A DNA stretch of 63,320 nt, counting the filler, from Piptocephalis cylindrospora (Eukaryota): NCBI GenBank assembly GCA_003614145.1. It is 5 parts of 5 records of this genome, joined end to end, with 100 filler letters (N's around TTAATTAATTAA, not from the genome) between each part and the next. Parts side by side here need not be neighbours in the genome. Positions count along the whole stretch, not along the records: positions 50,861 to 63,320 come from KZ987969.1; 4 more parts are not named here. One strand, 5' to 3'. This document shows, in pieces, positions 61,346 through 63,320 of the stretch (position 1 is the stretch's first letter; the number at the start of each line of letters is the position of its first letter). The position numbers and the translations under genes were made by a program. The notes under the pieces are model-generated. The model was not told where the DNA came from. It was given only the letters and a program-made list of their open reading frames with translations, and made no database searches.

Positions 61346-63320
61346 GATGCGGTGGACGAGGAGAAGTAACTGAATAGGAGAGAGGGTGAGGGTGATGGAA
61401 GGAAGAGGGTAGAGGGTGGGAGATGACTAAACAGCGATAGGAAAGAATTGAGTAGGAAGAAGAAGAAAATGGAAAATACGAAAAGAACCGAGTCGAAACC
61501 AAACGAAACGAAAGCTAGGAAGGACGGAAGAGCTGGGAATGGAAAGGAGGACGGGACTGGTGGGAGAGGGCGTGGAATCCTAGAATGCTCAAAGCGGAGT
61601 TGATAATGGCGTGAGTTTAAGCAAAGGGGCCATGAAAAGTATTGGCTCTGGGGAAAGCGGAGTACTAATTTTTTTCTGATGTAGGCTGTTGAACCTGGGG
61701 ACAGCTGAGAGCTATTTTTGGAGGGGGTGGAGCAGGGCTGCGGCTTCTTTATACCTGAATAGGTCAGGGATTTACAGAGAGAGATATATTAGAATGTCTT
61801 TATGATCTTTTTCGGTCATCCCTTACATCTCCGCCTAGATAATACTAAGGAGTGTTGCGGTGGGAGGGGAAAGGGTGTTGGGTCAGGTAAAGGATATATT
61901 ATATTAGAGATCTACTAACCCTACCCTTTCGGTCCAGAAAGGAAAGGGATAGAGTATATTGCCTACATCGTCACGAGCGTGTGCCAATCAAATGCTATTC
62001 AAGACACTTTTCCCCTTTACTATGCATGACCACACACAGGTGGTCACACACATGTGATTCCTGATTCTGGTAAACAGCGAAATGTGTGATTCCTGACTCC
62101 AAAATTTGCAAAAGTAGCAACAATAACATTCCAATTTTAAATTGATCTAAAATACTGGATTTCATTACATACTCTCATCTTATGCATTGATCACGACATC
62201 TGATCCAGTCCTTTACTCCGCCTATTGTCAGTCCCTCCAGATCCAGTCCGCATCCTCCAATCTCGCGTGTCCCCAGCCCCTCCTTCTCATACTTCCACGT
62301 CTCTCCGGGATGGGACGGTCAGTTCCAAATGTACGTCCGCATTTATTCCCCTTTGTTCACCCATTCACCCATTCATCTTCGAGCCCTGAGGGGGGAGAGA
62401 GGAGAGAGACGTAGTCATGGGCATACCCCAAACCCCACTTCATCCATGAACCTTGACTCTGTGTCTCTTTCTTATGTAAGGCACTAGAAGGGTCAGGTAA
62501 GAATAAATTGCATTCTGCTGAATAGCTCAAACCAGGAACGTTTATCTGTCACACGTCCCAGGTTGCTGGCTTTAGCAGATAATGATTTGGAGAGGTTTCC
62601 TGGAACACAGACAGAAAAAAACACATCCGGGATGAATGGCAAGGCAGGGAAGAAAGAGGAATGGGTCGCGATGAACTCGACGCACGCGCTCCCATGGCCC
62701 ACACTCGGCATGTGTGTGTATGTGTATGTATGGGAACGCGACGGGTTGATCTCGACCATAAACATACATAAATAAGGCCCTCTCTCTCTCAGTGTCCACT
62801 CCGTTCCTCTTCCCTTTTTACCTCCCTTCTTCGCCCTTACCCCATTCTCTTAACGCATCTTTGTTTCACGCTAACGTCCTTTCCAGATAGTATCCTCAAA
62901 ACACAAGATCATTACGCTCAGCCTCTTCCTGGCACAGATATATCAGTGTTGTTGATTGATCCCCTCCCTCTTCCTCTTCTTCCCCTTTACTCACCGCTCC
63001 ATCCAGTATTATTCTGCTTTGGGATAGTCCCAGACCATCCTCCTTTCTCCTCCCTCTCTCCTCTTCCCTGAACCTGGGCGTTGGTCCGTACCTGAAACCT
63101 TCGGTCCTTTCAATCCTTTACTCTTCTCTTCCCCCCCCCTCCCCCCCTCCCCAACCGCCTTGTTTCCTTCCCTCTCCCCCCGCCTTACCTTCCCCTGTTG
63201 TCGGTCAAGACGTTTGCCATAAAGGTAATTCTTTTGGAATTTCTTGACCTTCTTGGACACTCCTCATCCTTGAGAGCCTGAACTTTGCATTTCCACCACT
63301 TGGATACCACTGTAGAAGAA

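Noticed and set aside
1..63320. CRISPR arrays, rRNA, snRNA, U12-type introns
   Set aside because: None recognised; RTATCCTT matches do not fall at exon boundaries of the genes I reconstructed.

Overview
Eukaryotic (fungal) genomic DNA, gene-dense, with many short GT-AG introns. Genes retained here such as ATG101, ENDOV and a KAT14-like acetyltransferase suggest an early-diverging fungus (inference only). The window is not one locus: four 100-nt spacers (N44-TTAATTAATTAA-N44) join five contigs of steadily decreasing length, so linkage across them is artificial. I recognise about 28 protein genes (kinase-Sel1 protein, LEO1, transcriptional cyclin, CHO1, APC11, BAG protein, glutaredoxin, ATG101, Hikeshi, RasGAP, Vsb1-like SLC26, NAS6, ENDOV, extended SDR, RIB3, KAT14-like, CYT1, PPR protein, PX-BAR nexin, AAA ATPase, aquaglyceroporin, SET methyltransferase, chitin deacetylase, bZIP factor, several orphan secreted or membrane proteins) and three tRNAs. 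The best candidates for novelty are a probable 5'-truncated non-LTR retroelement with a putative target-site duplication 63 bp upstream of tRNA-Gly, a fungal KAT14/ATAC2-like gene, a UAG-CUAG readthrough candidate, a decayed Ty3/gypsy gag, and a kinase-Sel1 gene that the ORF track largely misses. All family calls are by motif recognition without database searches; exon boundaries are hand-derived.
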